From the human T2T-CHM13v2.0 reference genome, Homo sapiens: a stretch of 64,000 nt of DNA. Position numbers and translations under genes: made by a program. Each line of letters begins with the position of its first letter. Within the stretch, counting starts at the first letter, position 1. Under the pieces are notes generated by a model. That model was not told the DNA's origin. It did no database searches and saw only the letters and a program-made list of their open reading frames with translations. Of the stretch, positions 30,812 through 44,887 are shown one piece after another. The stretch lies in NCBI RefSeq assembly GCF_009914755.1, contig NC_060925.1. The stretch is one strand, 5' to 3'.

Positions 30812-30854
30812 CGCGCACACACACACACACACGCGCGCGCACATGCGTGCACAC
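30812..30854. repeat. Mixed (CA)n/(CG)n alternating purine-pyrimidine tract
   Basis: cgcgcacacacacacacacacgcgcgcgcacatgcgtgcacac. Confidence 0.95.
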
Positions 30855-31579
30855 TGGTATACCCAAGGCACTCTATAGTCTGTGCCTGGTTCCTACCTCT
30901 TCTGCTGGTCTCTATCCAGATAGCTAGGCCATTTGGATACCTACCTATAAACTAAACCTTGCTCTCATTTTTATGACCAGTCTGGACTTCAAACAGTAGG
31001 AATTTCTGGAGCTACAACGCAGTCTTATGGAGCAAACCATCAGGTCACCCAACTAGAAATCTAGCCCTGGTCTGTGGCCCCAGTTGGATAACTAGCTTTC
31101 TGTAACAATCACAACACTCACCATCTCCTTGTACCCCAGGATTGCCAATGGGCTTCTATCTTGAGGACCCTCTGTCTGAGATCGTGTTTAGATAACTTGC
31201 CTACTACTTTCACTAGGACTGGGGCCTAACAAGCCCCAGTCACCTCGTTTTGTTCCAATCACAAACAGGCATACAGTGCAAGGTCTTATGGTCCTCAGCA
31301 ACCAGGACAGAACCAACAGGGAGGAGGAACCAGGCAACAGCTGCCAGACGCTCCCTCACCAGGGAAAGAATCACCTCATCTCATCAGGGTGGGGCAGAGG
31401 AAAGCATGGAGTGTGTGGTGGAAGCTGGGTGATCCCATCAGAGCCTTAGGCCTCACTTTAGAGTCACAGGGAATGCAGGAGGAGAGCAGTGTAGGGGAGA
31501 TACGTAGGGAGGTGGCATTCTTGGAAGTTTTACTCACATGCACGAGTACCCTAGACAGCAGGCTGGATCTCGGAGATAA

Positions 31580-31931
<352 letters not shown>

Positions 31932-31991
31932 TCAGTGGGTTCTTGTCCTAGGAAGAGGAGCTGATATCCTAGGCAGCACAGCTGAGTGCTA

Positions 31992-32451
<460 letters not shown>

Positions 32452-32887
32452 TCACATTCAGATCGGATTTCCTAAAACACACTTTTTGTCAGGTCACTTC
32501 CTATTCAGGATCTTGGCCAAATGCTTGCTTATCACCAGATACCTGTGTTTTCAGCTGTCCAACCTAGTAGCCATCACGAGTTCTCCAAGACAGGACAGTG
32601 TGGCATGACCAAAGCCAAGGTCAGAGGTGTACTACAGAGAAGTTTATAAGGCAAGAATTGAAAATAGATAGCTGTATTTTATGCGTGGGGGACTTGCTGA
32701 GGCTTTTAAGTGGAGCACTTTTAGTGTAGTTTTGAGAATGGATGACCGATTATGAAACATGGGCGAAAAGAAGATAGTAGGAACCGGGTTTTTGATCAGC
32801 TGAAGAAAAAAAGACTAACGCTTAGTGTTTGTTGGAGTGAAGTCACATGTGATCACTGTATTTTTTTCACACCTTAATTTGTGTGCC

Positions 32888-32992
32888 CAATATTTGTTCA
32901 TTTATTCTACGTATATTTGTTGAGGACTTACTCTGTCTGGACCCGGTACAAAGAATAGGGGATACAGTGCTAAACAAGATATACATGGTTCT
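32888..32992 (-). mobile_element. L2 3' end (continues after 33855)
   Basis: tttgttcatttattc..tatttgttgaggacttactctgtctggac..ggggatacagtg. Confidence 0.75.
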
Positions 32993-33835
<843 letters not shown>

Positions 33836-34124
33836 TTAAAGATATACAGGGTTCTGCTTTCAGGCAATTGCAAAGGGAGGATAGATGTGATGAGACGGGA
33901 TGTGTAGACTGTTCCAGAAACACATGCGAGGGGCATTTAACACTGGCTTGGGAATCCCCTAGTCTCAACTGCCGTGGTTCTCCTTAGCCAGATTGGTTTT
34001 CTCCCATATTCTTGCACACGTCCTACGTATTCTTGACTTCGGCTCTGGGATTATAGTTTCAGCCAGCCTACTCAGGACCTATTAATTCTTTAAGACCTAG
34101 CCTGTGTCTCAAATTCCGCTTAAA

Positions 34125-35320
34125 GAGACTTCTGTTCAAGATGGCATACAGATTTACACATTTAGGTCCACAACCTGTCCCTCAGCTCCAAACACATAAC
34201 AATGGTAGATAAAAATATTTTAAAAGAAATCTAAATACAAGTGGCCATGCTAAAAAAAAATTTTTTCTGGACCAGAAACAAAGCAAAAACCCAGTACCAT
34301 AAGCAAGGCTACTAAGGATGAAAGGAGGCACAGGCTGTGAAATGGTAATATCTGGTATGCAAAGCAGGTCAGAGAGAGCCAATTTCATTGAGTGAAACCA
34401 GTACTTTTGCAGACTCTCTCACCCATGAAAGGAGGATGAAAAAAAAGTGGCAATGGGTCCTTATCTGGAGCAATGGAGTATATGAAGCTGAGTATCTTGA
34501 AAGATAGGAAATAATGGATCTCATCTTGAAGCAAGAATATGGGCCAAGCAGCCCACTGGGTTAGTAACCTGTACCTTTTTAAATTTCAGTAGGACAGGAG
34601 CTTCTGAACTGCTGGGGGTAAAAAGCTGGGATCTACACGCTGGGACCTGGGGGGCCAGAATAAAACAACCACAAAATTGTCAGAGTCTGAGGGAACAAAG
34701 AGAGAGAAAACACTAAAGCCTCCTATTCACAATGAGCCTTCAAACCAAAATTACAAAACACATGGAGAAAACTAAGACAACAGATATAAATAAGTAGGAG
34801 ATATATTGATTACTCAGAAATCAAAATAATAGATTAATATGAAAATGTCTTCAAAATAGGTGTGTTTAAGATCCTCAAAGAGATAAAGGAAGGTCCATCA
34901 CTTATTAAAAAACAAGAATTCTGAAACAAAATAGTCAAATGAGACAGGAGCAAGCAGATATAAAACATAACCAATTGAAAATCCTAGGAATGTAAAAAAT
35001 GCAATCACTGAAATAAAAACCATAATGAATAGGTTAAGCTCTAGAACAGACATATTGGACAGATAATTAAAGAATTGGAAAATAATATTGAGAAACTCAC
35101 CCAGAATGCAGCACAGAATGATAGAGATTAAAACTATAAAATGTCAGGTAGAAAATACAGAAAATAGATGGAATGACTCCAGCATGGTTCTTACAGGAAT
35201 TCTCTGTTTTAAAAAGAATAGAGACAGTAGCAGATAAGATATATTTGTAGAGATGATGGCCGAGAATGTTCTGGACTTGAAGACAGATAAAAGTATACAA
35301 CTTGTGCTGAGCAGGAGACA
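34125..35320 (+). mobile_element. Ancient L1M/HAL1-type 5' end and ORF1 remnant
   Basis: Starts gacttctgttcaagatggc; A-rich ORF1-like gaattggaaaataata..cacccagaatgcagcacaga..gagatgatggccgagaat. Confidence 0.65.
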
Positions 35321-35334
35321 TTTTTTAAAATGCC

Positions 35335-35640
35335 TTAGGTGCCCTGGTTCTACCTACCTCCATGACATCATCTCTACCTCTTTGCTCCTCTCTCCCATTG
35401 ATTAGCCATCCTGGCCTCCTTGCTAGTCCTTGAACAAAACAAGGCACTCCTACCTCAGAGCCTTTGCACTTCCTCTTTCTCTGTTGAAATGCTCTTCCCC
35501 AGGATAATCTGTATGCCTTGCTCTCTCCCCTTTTTTTTTAGATTTCTCTTCAAATGTGACCTAATTGGTGAACTCTTCCCTGTGATATAAACAAATAAAT
35601 ATTTGCTTAGGAAATGAATGACTGAATGGGTAGATAGATG
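35335..35640 (+). mobile_element. L2a 3' fragment
   Basis: ggcctccttgct..ctcctacctcagagcctttgcactt..aatatttgc..gaatgactgaatg. Confidence 0.8.
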
Positions 35641-35864
35641 CATACTATCCTTTCTCCACCTCAAAACCTCACCCGCCCTCACATATCTGGTACAGTGGTG
35701 GGTACATGGATATACATCTAATTTAGTTTTGCTAAATTCAATGAAAATCTCGATCTATGTCCTAAAAGTTGCCGTTACTACATGTGCATATGAATTAATA
35801 TGTAATGACAGATGTGCTCAATCTATTTCCCCCAAAAGTTTATCGTTCTTTATAATAGAAGAAT

Positions 35865-36045
35865 GAAATCATGGAATTATAAAGTTAAAAGGGGTGTTTA
35901 GAGCTTATTAACTTCACCTTCTACATTTTACCTGTGAAAAACTGAGGCCAAGAAAGGTGAAGTGGATACACAGTCAAGCAATGTAACAGAGCCAGGACCA
36001 GAAATCGGTCTCTTGACTCTGAGCCTAGTGTTCTTTCTACCATAC
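35865..36045 (-). mobile_element. MIR3/MIR SINE
   Basis: cattttacctgtgaaaaactgaggccaagaaaggtgaagtg..cagagccaggaccagaa. Confidence 0.8.
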
Positions 36046-37292
36046 TTCATGTCTCCTGTATCCTACCTGCATTCAGAGAGAAACAAGGTCGTAAGTCTGT
36101 CCCTTAAACAAACATCTTAACCCCTCCATATGTGTGCATTGTTTCTAGGTAACAATAGAGTACCCTCACTTGCTTTGGAGAAGTTGAGGTTTCCAGGTGC
36201 CACTTCATTAAAAATGTAATTTTAATGTGTTTTTATTTCTACGGCTTCTTGTCATTAAGAGCCTATAATTAAAATAATTAGAAGAAGAATCTTGCCTGTT
36301 AATCAGTCTACATTTCAATAAAACATTTTAAAATTCTCAGTCCAAAGCTGTTACCTTATTATTTAAGCATGAGTTCTATTATATAAATTGTCACCACAGC
36401 ACTGCCAACCAGTTATTTATAGAAAAAAATCTGTTAGCTTTTCCTTGGTAAACCAATGTCACTCTATGCTGAAGTTATTGAAGAAATTATAGGGAGATGG
36501 AAGATGGGTGGGTTTGCATCCCCCCAGTGTAACCGGGCTCTGGAAGATTTCCAAAATCTTTTTTGGATACAGTGTACGTCAAGAGGGTTGAGAAAGAACA
36601 CAATTTTTGCAGCAGTGAGAATTCACGGTGCTAAATTTTGGGTGTCATGCATACATATATATATATATACACACAGACATATGTATGTGGTGATAGTGAT
36701 GAAAAGATTTTTTAAGCTGCTATAATTCAGGCAGGCTACATTCCACTGGTGCAGTGGGGTTTGAGACACTAAAAAGCAATAAAAATGATAACCTCTAAAA
36801 CCAATTTCTTATTGTAAGTGTTCTGTTCTGTTTGCTGTAAGCCTGCACTGCCAGAAGCCTTGTGCTAGGAGTTTCTGTAGGACACAGAAAACAGTTTGCA
36901 TTTCCCCCAAAGGGAACCTCTGTTTGACCCAGGAGAGTCTTGGTTGAAAGGCCGCTAGAGCTCATTCATAGGGTATGGAACTCATGCCATCTGTTTATTT
37001 CATGTCCCTGCTAACTTCATTAAATATTCACTTCCCTGGGGTCCTATATGCAATGAGCTTATTTCCAGAAACAAGGGGATTATGCAACTAATAAGAATTA
37101 GGGTTCAACTCTTAAGAAATAACAAATAATATTTTAAGAAACTACTATAAGATAAACATCCCAGTGGGATTTTAAAATATTTTGAAAAATAATTATGAAC
37201 CTTTCTCTCTTCCTGGACAAGGAGCTTTAGGATAAGTTTATGGAATTAGAAGAAATATAAAGGAAAAACATGGAATATTTGACATAACTCCC

Positions 37293-37845
37293 TGTGGCAT
37301 ATAGACCCTAAGATGCCCACCCCCCCCCATCTCCTATTATCCACATCTTTATACAATTGTTTCCTCTCAAGTGTGGGCAGGACTGGTGACTTGCCTCTAA
37401 GCAATAGAAAGAAGACTGTAAAGGTGGTGGAATGTCACTGTCATGATTATGTTATATAACATCGTAACGTCCATCTTGCTAGCAGACTCTCTCCCCTGAT
37501 GGCTTTGATGAAATAAGCTACCATGTAGAGATGCCCACACCGCAAGGAACCAAGGGTGTCCTCCAGGTGACAGACAGCAAGGAACTAAGGCCTTCAGTTC
37601 AGCAACCTGCAAGGAATGAAACGCTGTCAACAACCATGTGAGTGTGGAAGCCAATCCTTCCCCAGTCGAGTTTCAGAGGAGACCCCAATGCTGACTGACA
37701 CCTTGACTGCAATCTTTTGAGAGACTCAGAAGCAGATGATCCAGCTGAGTTGTGCCCAGATTCATGTCCTACAGATAATAAGTTAGCATTTTTTAAGCCA
37801 CTAAGTTTGTGGCAATTTGTTATGGAGCAATAGCTAACTAATACA
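37293..37845 (+). mobile_element. MaLR solo LTR (MLT1E-like)
   Basis: tgtggca..gtgtgggcaggactggtgacttgc..tttaagccactaagtttgtggcaatttgttatggagcaatagctaactaataca. Confidence 0.88.
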
Positions 37846-37904
37846 TTGATTATTGATAAAAGTGGGGTCACATTCCTAAGAAAGGAAATGTACGAAATGG
37901 AAAC

Positions 37905-38110
37905 GAGTATAGACTTGGATAACAGAGTTCCTGCTATGCCATTTAGTATCTGGTTAAGTTTCATATCTTTTCTAAACCTTGGTTTCTCTGTTTCTAATAT
38001 GAAGATAATAGTTCCTGCCTCATGGTACTGTTTGCAGGGGTAAATCAGATACAGTATTTAGTAGCATGTCTGGCAGATATGAAGTATTTAATAGATGCTA
38101 TTCATTGCTA
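37905..38110 (+). mobile_element. MIR SINE
   Basis: aaccttggtttctctg..gaagataatagttcctgcctcatgg..gcatgtctggcagata. Confidence 0.7.
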
Positions 38111-38507
38111 CTATATGATGTAGATTTCATCCACTGGAACAATTATAGTCTTCACCCGGGGACCTTAGCATGATACAGCTATCCAGGTTGGTTTTGCTAG
38201 CTTTTTTGTTTCCTCTTGTCAGGACTTTATGTTTCAGGGAGACTGAGTAACCTTCCATTCAGCCCTGAAAGGTTTTACTCTCATGGGTATTATAAATGTT
38301 CTCCTCTTGGTATGTGACATGATTATCTAATTATTTTTGTCTGAAGTAGAACTAGGGAAATATAGAAGTGATGAGTTATTAAGAATCCTTTTTCAAATAA
38401 GGAAACAGATGAAATTCCCTCAGTGGCATGAATGTATGACCTCAGTCTTGGTACACAAGGTGGCTCTGCATTCGGGAGAGACTTCATTATCTCCCTGAGA
38501 ACGCTGA

Positions 38508-38608
38508 GCTGTCAGTCACAAATTTTTAGCAGCCTTTTGCTTTCTTCATTGGCATTACCACGTTAGAAATTGTGAAATTTTTATCTTCCACTTGAATGCT
38601 GTCAGTCA
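38508..38608 (-). promoter_or_regulatory. Candidate PBX-PREP/MEIS composite site: two TGACTGACAG decamers with an intervening CCAAT
   Basis: gctgtcagtca at 38508-38518 and 38598-38608; attgg at 38548-38552; lies in apparently non-repeat sequence. Confidence 0.35.
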
Positions 38609-38994
38609 ATGCAATGGTAAAAACTTCAGTCTATAATGCAAAGGCTTCTTAGACCCTGACCAGGCTACACCTATAGTTAAAAAGAAACTATAATTTCATT
38701 TGAATGCCCTGCCTTTGTGATTAAAAAAAATCAGTGAAACTTTATATTTAAAAGCCATCCAGCTTGGAAACCCAAGAAATAGGAGATCTGTTTTGCAACC
38801 TTGTAATGGCTATCTGCATGACAGGAGAGATGGGTTGACCTTTTTCAAGGAGAACCCATTCTATTCCTTCATGGAGAATTATAGGAAGGTGGGTTGTTTT
38901 CTATTCCTCCTCTACCTCACCCCTAAACCTGCCTTTCCATTTCTTACAACAGCCATATAAAGCATATAGATCACTTTGTGTATCTATTGATTGG

Positions 38995-39160
38995 TTAGAA
39001 GACCTGGGTTCAATTCTTGGCTCTGCCACTTAGTAGTTTTGTCTCTTGGGCAAATCATTTCATCTCTCAAAGCCTTAGTTTCCTCATTAGGAAAATGAAG
39101 ACAATAATAATAATCTCAAAGGGTGGATATAAAGATGCAATGAGATATGTGAAAAGGCCA
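38995..39160 (+). mobile_element. MIR SINE
   Basis: gacctgggttcaattcttggctctgccacttagtag..cttgggcaaatcattt..gccttagtttcctcat. Confidence 0.85.
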
Positions 39161-39369
39161 GACTCAATAATTTTGTTCTCCACACATACTTTAGGGGACA
39201 GCATTAATTTCAGGGAAAAAATTAATGCTTCTGTTTTTCTGTATATACTAAATTTTTCTTATATCTGAGCAATAAGCTATCTAGTACACTGTTCATAAAT
39301 GTCCATTGTATTCTAAGGTATATTGCAGGTCAAAATATTTGCTTATGATTCATTTTAATGGAGATAATA

Positions 39370-39550
39370 TCTAATATTTAATTAAGCACTTGCTATTGGC
39401 AAGTACTTCACATGTGTAATTCAATCAATTCTCATAGTAGCTCCATGAAGGAACTGAAGCTCAGAGAGGTTGAATAACTTGCTAAGGGTCATGCAGCTTG
39501 ATGGAGTTAGGAATCAAACCTAGTTATCTGAATCAATAACCCGCACTACA
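39370..39550 (-). mobile_element. MIR SINE
   Basis: gaactgaagctcagagaggttgaataacttgctaagggtcatgcagct. Confidence 0.8.
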
Positions 39551-40774
39551 GCTGACCCTGCAGTGCTTCCATGCCCCTCATGCAAGTGTTAACTCTGCAG
39601 GGGACTTAACCTCTAAACCAGTAGAACCAAAGAAACAGGGAGCAGAAAGTTTTGCAAGTGGAGTATTAGATGCAGCTGGGGTTTATGCTGCAGACACTGC
39701 CAGCCTTGGTTCCCTGAGACAAGTATCTGATTTGGGGAGAAAAAGCCCCATATTTTATAGGTCCCTGGTTACCACGTATAGCATGACAGCAGTTGCAGTA
39801 AACATTATGCAGAGCTCTTTGATTTTGCAACCTAACTGAAACCTTCAAAGGTGAGTGTGTTATTAGTAGAAAGTGATAATTTTAATTCCTGTTTATTATA
39901 AGTATATGTTAATGAAAATTATATAATCAATGATAAAAGAAGCTATTTAAATGGCATCGCCTCTAAATAGATTTACCTCCACCAGCTTCTGCCCGTTTGA
40001 GCAGCATTATAAATAAGCAGCTTTATATAGTTGTATTTTCTTATTTTCCTTTAGAATCACTGCGATCCATGAGCCTTCCAAAGCCTACCCTATCCAAAGC
40101 ATCAGTAATAAATCATAAATATTTATAGCATTTAATCATGAGGCAGCCAAAGAACTAAAGAAGTGTTATATTATTCAGCAACTCATTAAGCACCCAGCAG
40201 GCTTATAATCCAATGGTGAGGCCTGTGAATGGTTTCCTTTATCAACAGCTTTCTTCCCTCTACTTTAGGAAAAAAATTCATTAATGCTTGCATATGTTTA
40301 AGTTGCAGCAGGTGTGGACCAAAGTCAATTAGACTACACAATCCCTGATGTCCTAGAGATGTATAATTTAACAGAACAACAAAACGTATTCTCCTTGCCA
40401 TCCCATTACAGAGGAAAGAAGAGAAAGATGAAGGGGAGGGGGGCAGAAGGGAGAGAAACAATTACTGAGCCCTCCTGTGAGCTAGGCAATAATAGCTGGA
40501 ACATCACATTTACATTATTAATGACTATTTCATTTCCATAGCCATTTTCCCTTTATTATTTTTGAAGGGAAAATATTAGATATGTTACTCAGTATACAAA
40601 ACACACAAACAATAAGAACCGTTCAAATGTGGAACGGGGCCTCCCTTCAGAGATAAGAGTCTTATCACTGGCAGTGTTCATGCACAAGCAGGATGCCCCC
40701 TAGCAGGGGTTTTGAAGAGGGGATTTCTATCAGAAAAGATGACCAGAATCACTTCTTCAGCACACAAAGATGCA

Positions 40775-41790
40775 AACCTCCTTTTTCTTCTTCTACAACA
40801 GAGGTTTAAATTCTAAAATACTTTCCCAGACTCAATTGTAGGTGGCAGTGGCCACGTGACCCTGTTCTGGCCAATGAGATGTTAGCAGGAGTCCTGGGGC
40901 GGAGTGAGGGAGGCTTTTGCGAAAAGCTTTTATAAGAGACAGACGCATTGGAATCGTCTTACACTGCTGGCAGGATTGTAAAATGGTGCAGCTGCTTTCG
41001 ACAACGGTTGGCAGTTCCTCAAAAAGCCAAAACATAGAGTTACCATATGACTGAGCACACTCATAGCTATATACCCAAGAGAAGTGAAAACATACGTCTA
41101 CATAAAGACTCATACACAACGATTCATAGCAGCATTATTCTTAATAACCAAAAAGTGGAAACAGCACAAATATTCATTTACCAATGTGTTATATACAGAT
41201 AAGGGAATGTTATTCAGCCGTAAAAAAGGATGCAGCACTGAGACTTCCATTCAATGGATGAACCTTAAAAACATCGTGCAAAGGGAAAGACACAACAGGC
41301 CACATATTGTGTGATTCCATACATACGAAATGTTCAGAATCGGCAAATCCGTAGAGACAGAAAGTAGATTAGTGGTTGCCAGGGTTTGGGGAGGGGGAAA
41401 GGGGGAATGAGTGCCAGCTGCTAATGGGTACAGATTTATTTTGGGGATGATGGAAATGTTCTGGAATTAGACAGTGGTAATGATTGCACCACCTTGTGAA
41501 CATAAGAGGTGAATTTTATGGTATGGGAATTATGTCTCAATTTTGTAAAGAGACAGATTCAGCTGGCCTAACAGTAATTGCTCTTGCATTGCCCTTTACC
41601 CATAACCTTATTTTCCTTGCTGAAATGCAGATGGAAGAGCTGAAGTGCAGTGGCCATGTTATGATTGTGAAGACAAAGGCCATTTGCTGAGGAGGATGAA
41701 CAGAAGTAGTCAGGGCCCATTAAACCTCTTACTTAAGCTGCTGCCTGTCAAGTTTTCTGCTGCTGGCAGCTGAATGCAATCCTAATATAC
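40775..41790. mobile_element. MaLR LTR (MLT1J-like) split by an L1MB
   Basis: gtggccacgtgaccctgttctggccaatgagatg; ends cagctgaatgcaatcctaatatac. Confidence 0.75.
40948..41547 (+). mobile_element. L1MB-type 3' fragment
   Basis: gtaaaatggtgcagctgct..gagacagaaagtagattagtggttgccaggg..gaattatgtctcaat; TSD aagagacagacgca (40934-40947) / aagagacagattca (41548-41561). Confidence 0.9.
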
Positions 41791-42331
41791 CTCCCAACTT
41801 CAAGATTTTATGAAAAGCCAATTACTCTTAAAATGAGAAGAATTGAGTTATGAAATGCAATACCTAGAGAGGTGCAGAAAAATAGTTTTTGAGAAAGTAC
41901 CGTTTAAAGAGGATTTCACATTTTTAGAGATATTTAGTACTTGTGCTGTAACAAGAAGTGGTTTGATATTTAAGTTTATGATGCTGCATTATGACACAGA
42001 GTAATGAAATGTGAAATATATATTTTAAGGCATCTTTAAGAAAAATATAATGAACATGAATAATTACCATTATAGCTATTTTATTAAGACGTGCTATGTA
42101 GTCAAAGATGAAGAGTCTATTTTTGGCTTGTTTCCAAAATGCCTGAAAGAAAAACTTCTATGGTATGTTTTTGTTACATCTCTAGATAATACTGAAGATA
42201 CTAAAAAACTACAATTTTAGTAAGAAATAGCCATAATTTGAGTAAAAGGGGAGCCATCATGAGTAAAGACAGTATGAAATATGCTGACATTTATAGTCTT
42301 CTGAGATATTAGCATGCACTAGTGCTATTTT

Positions 42332-42794
42332 ATTTTATTTTATTTTATTTTTTATTATACTTTAAGTTTTAGGGTACATGTGCACAACGTGCAGGTTTGT
42401 TACGTATGTATACATGTGCCATGTTGGTGTGCTACACCCAGTAACTCGTCATTTAACATTAGGTATTTCTCCTAATGCTATCCCTCCCCACTCCCCCCAC
42501 CCCACAATAGGCCCCGGTGTGTGATGTTCCCCTTCCTATGTTCATGTGTTCTCATTGTTCAATTCCCACCTATGAGTGAGAACATGCGGTGTTTGGTTTT
42601 TTTGTCCTTGCGATAGTTTGCTGAGAATGATGGATTCCAGCTTCATCCATGTCCCTACAAAGGACATGGACTCATCATTTTTTATGGCTGCATAGTATTC
42701 CATGGTGTATATGTGCCACATTTTCTTAATCCAGTCTATCATTGTTGGACATTTGGGTTGGTTCCAAGTCTTTGCTATTGTGAATAGTGCCGCC
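42332..42794 (-). mobile_element. L1PA (PA4/5-like) 3' end, 5'-truncated; includes an ORF2 C-terminal remnant
   Basis: ttattatactttaagttttagggtacatgtgcac; ORF 42542-42802 [16 protein letters not shown]..; TSD agtgcYatttt at 42321-42331 and 42795-42805. Confidence 0.96.
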
Positions 42795-44557
42795 AGTGCC
42801 ATTTTAAACCAAACTTTCTGAAATCTGTACTCATAAATTCTCTGGCTAGTCTCATATTTTTGTATTTAATAAACAGATATCAACATCCCTCTGTTACTGA
42901 TTTCTTGCCCTGTTTCAATGTTATAAAATTCTGGGATTCTAAATTTTAAAGTTGTTGACCAAATGAATGTATACTGGTTAGATTTACTTAACCTGGCTCT
43001 AGAAAAATTGAAATGAAGTTTGATTCCTGTGCGTGATCATTTTCAGAAATCATTCATTCATGTGGAAGGAAGCGTGGTACCAATATCTTTCACTCATCAG
43101 GCATTTTAACTACCAAAGATTTTGTTCAATGACTGAAAAATCAAATTAACCACACAGTTAACCGAGCAAATAACTGACAATTATATTATGAATTCCATAA
43201 CACAGATAAAGTTAACAACAGTGTGAATTCAAATAACACACAGGCCAAGATACTCTTTCCCTTTGTATTATCAGTTTGGGGAAGAAACAGACAGAATGTG
43301 ATAATCTGGTTAATTTGTCCCCACATCTCTGCTTCATTTTGCTCCTGAAGACCTTATGCTAGTGTTTGTTTTATGGTGGTGCAAACAATTCAAAATTTGG
43401 AAAGCTGGACTGTTCTTCACAAGTCACATCTTGAGCAACATGATTTCCAGCTATGCTCATTTGGTCTCAAATTCAATTGGTATGATCACTCCTAGATCCT
43501 GTGAAGAGCAAACAAGAATGTGGGTGTGTGAAAGCTCTTTGAAAAGTATGAAGAATTATAGGAATTTAAGGAGTTATTATTATATTATAAATGATATATC
43601 GAATTCTGCTAATCTCTCATTCTTTCTACTACTGTGGGTGTGGCAGCTCCAATAACTCTCTTCTGCAACTTCTTCAGATAAATGCTCAGTAAAGGGGCCG
43701 CATTTGATATTAAACTGAAAAACTGTAGACAGTAGTTTTTCAGATACTACAGATAATTTTTTTTAAACCTGCAATTTCTACACCTACTATCTCCTTCTAT
43801 TGAAATGATGTGTCAGCTCATTATATTAAATTCTAGCTTATTGGCCACTGGCTATATGCACAGTTATTGAACAGGGGCCCTCAAAAGGTCAGGTGAGAAT
43901 ATTATCAACATGGGAGCTGACTATTCTCATTAAGCCCCAGCTGGCTTTCTTGAGCAGATACAAAGAGAGAAATATGTGTCACAGACAGAAGAGCAATGGG
44001 AAAAAGGTGGTTCACCATTTGTGGAAACATAAGAGAGCACACTGCTTCAGTATAGGTAGAAAACATATGGATTTCCTCCAAAGCTTGAAAAACTTTTTAG
44101 GGATGAAAAGAGAAAATAAATATGTTTAACTCTCAAGAAAACTTTGCTGGCGAAAATAATCACAATAATTAGTCATTGCATCAAAAATGTAGTGTGAAAA
44201 GTAGCTCAGCTGGAACAATTGCTATTGTCCACCCCACTGACCTTTTAAGAAGCTTTATCTTGTAGTTAAATTTCATGTTCATCCCCCACACCATAACCTC
44301 GACTACTTTCAAGGGATCAGTTGTGACACACGTTTCTACACTAAGTTTATAAATATACACAGATGTGATAACAGGAAAGTCATTAGATTCACATCCAAAT
44401 GTTGCAGCTACCTTAAAATAGCAGAGCATTTCTGTTACATTACTCTTTAATCAGTGTGATGTGTTTTTCTTTCTTTATTTATTTTTGTGTGATTTGTTTT
44501 TAGCTTTTCTAAGAGGCACTGATGTTGTAAAAGCACTCAGTATGTGGAAAACCAGTA

Positions 44558-44887
44558 CAGTAATATTCTTCCCTTATCTGCAGGGAATACCTTCCAAGCC
44601 CCCCAGTGGTTGCCTGAAACCTCAGATAGTACCAAAACCTTCTATATACTATCATTTTTCCTATACATACATACATATAATAAAGTTTAATTTCTAACTT
44701 AGGCCCTGTAAGAAAGTCACAACAATAAGAACGAGTATAAGAATATATGTCAATAAAAGTTATGGGAATGCGATCTCTATCTCTCAAATTACCTTCTTGT
44801 TCTGTACTTACCTATTTTTGGAATGTGGTTGACCACCTGTAACTAAAACCACTGAGCGCACAACTGTGGGGTAAGCGGGGACTTCTG
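44558..44887 (-). mobile_element. MER44A-like TcMar-Tigger DNA transposon
   Basis: TIR-like ends cagta..cccttatctgcagg and gtaagcggggacttctg; internal cccccagtggttgcctgaaacc..gatagtacc; left TA target site. Confidence 0.85.

Noticed and set aside
44181-44429. 82-aa minus-strand ORF in unique sequence as a coding exon
   Set aside because: No recognisable homology and no convincing flanking splice sites; cannot be supported without a search
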